A stretch of 32,082 bases of DNA. It comes from Nemertoderma westbladi. Its lineage: Eukaryota; Animalia; Xenacoelomorpha. This document shows, in pieces, positions 31,931-32,082 of the stretch (position 1 is its first letter; each line of letters starts with the position of its first letter). A program made the translations under genes and the position numbers. The stretch lies in the NCBI GenBank assembly GCA_032718475.1, contig JAUCBJ010008994.1, forward strand, positions 1-32,082. The letters are read 5' to 3'. The notes below the pieces were generated by a model. The model was not told the origin of the DNA. It made no database searches and saw nothing but the letters and a program-made list of their open reading frames with translations.

Positions 31931-32082
31931 CTTGATATGTGTGTAACCCACCAAATGTTTAGAAAGAATCCAAAATTTGACGAAAACGAACGAGCACAAC
32001 GAGCCAAAATGGAAGATATTGATTGGTATTTTGATTGAGATGGTGATGAGCTCTGACAACTCGTCGATGGTAAGCCTTTGCT

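Overview
AT-rich metazoan (probably invertebrate) repeat-dense region with no recognisable ordinary host gene. Most of it is a nested graveyard of Polinton/Maverick (adintovirus-like) elements: four decayed major-capsid genes, three adenain-type protease genes, several accessory ORF families and four AGTAGTA-starting termini, each at a homology breakpoint. A 3281-bp tandem duplication has a third partial copy. Inserted into this are an intact CR1/L2-type LINE ORF, an intact piggyBac, a non-autonomous piggyBac with a 65-bp satellite, RTE fragments, two tRNA-derived SINE-like elements and a (CACAGC)n microsatellite. The standout observation is six intronless copies of a minimal GTSF1/Asterix-like double CHHC zinc-finger gene with an acidic Trp tail (two largely intact, four decayed or truncated), embedded in Polinton-derived sequence. 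This is a candidate virus/transposon-borne mimic of a PIWI-piRNA cofactor. No pPolB, integrase, packaging ATPase or penton gene was recognised in the window. All family assignments are by eye from motifs; no searches were run.
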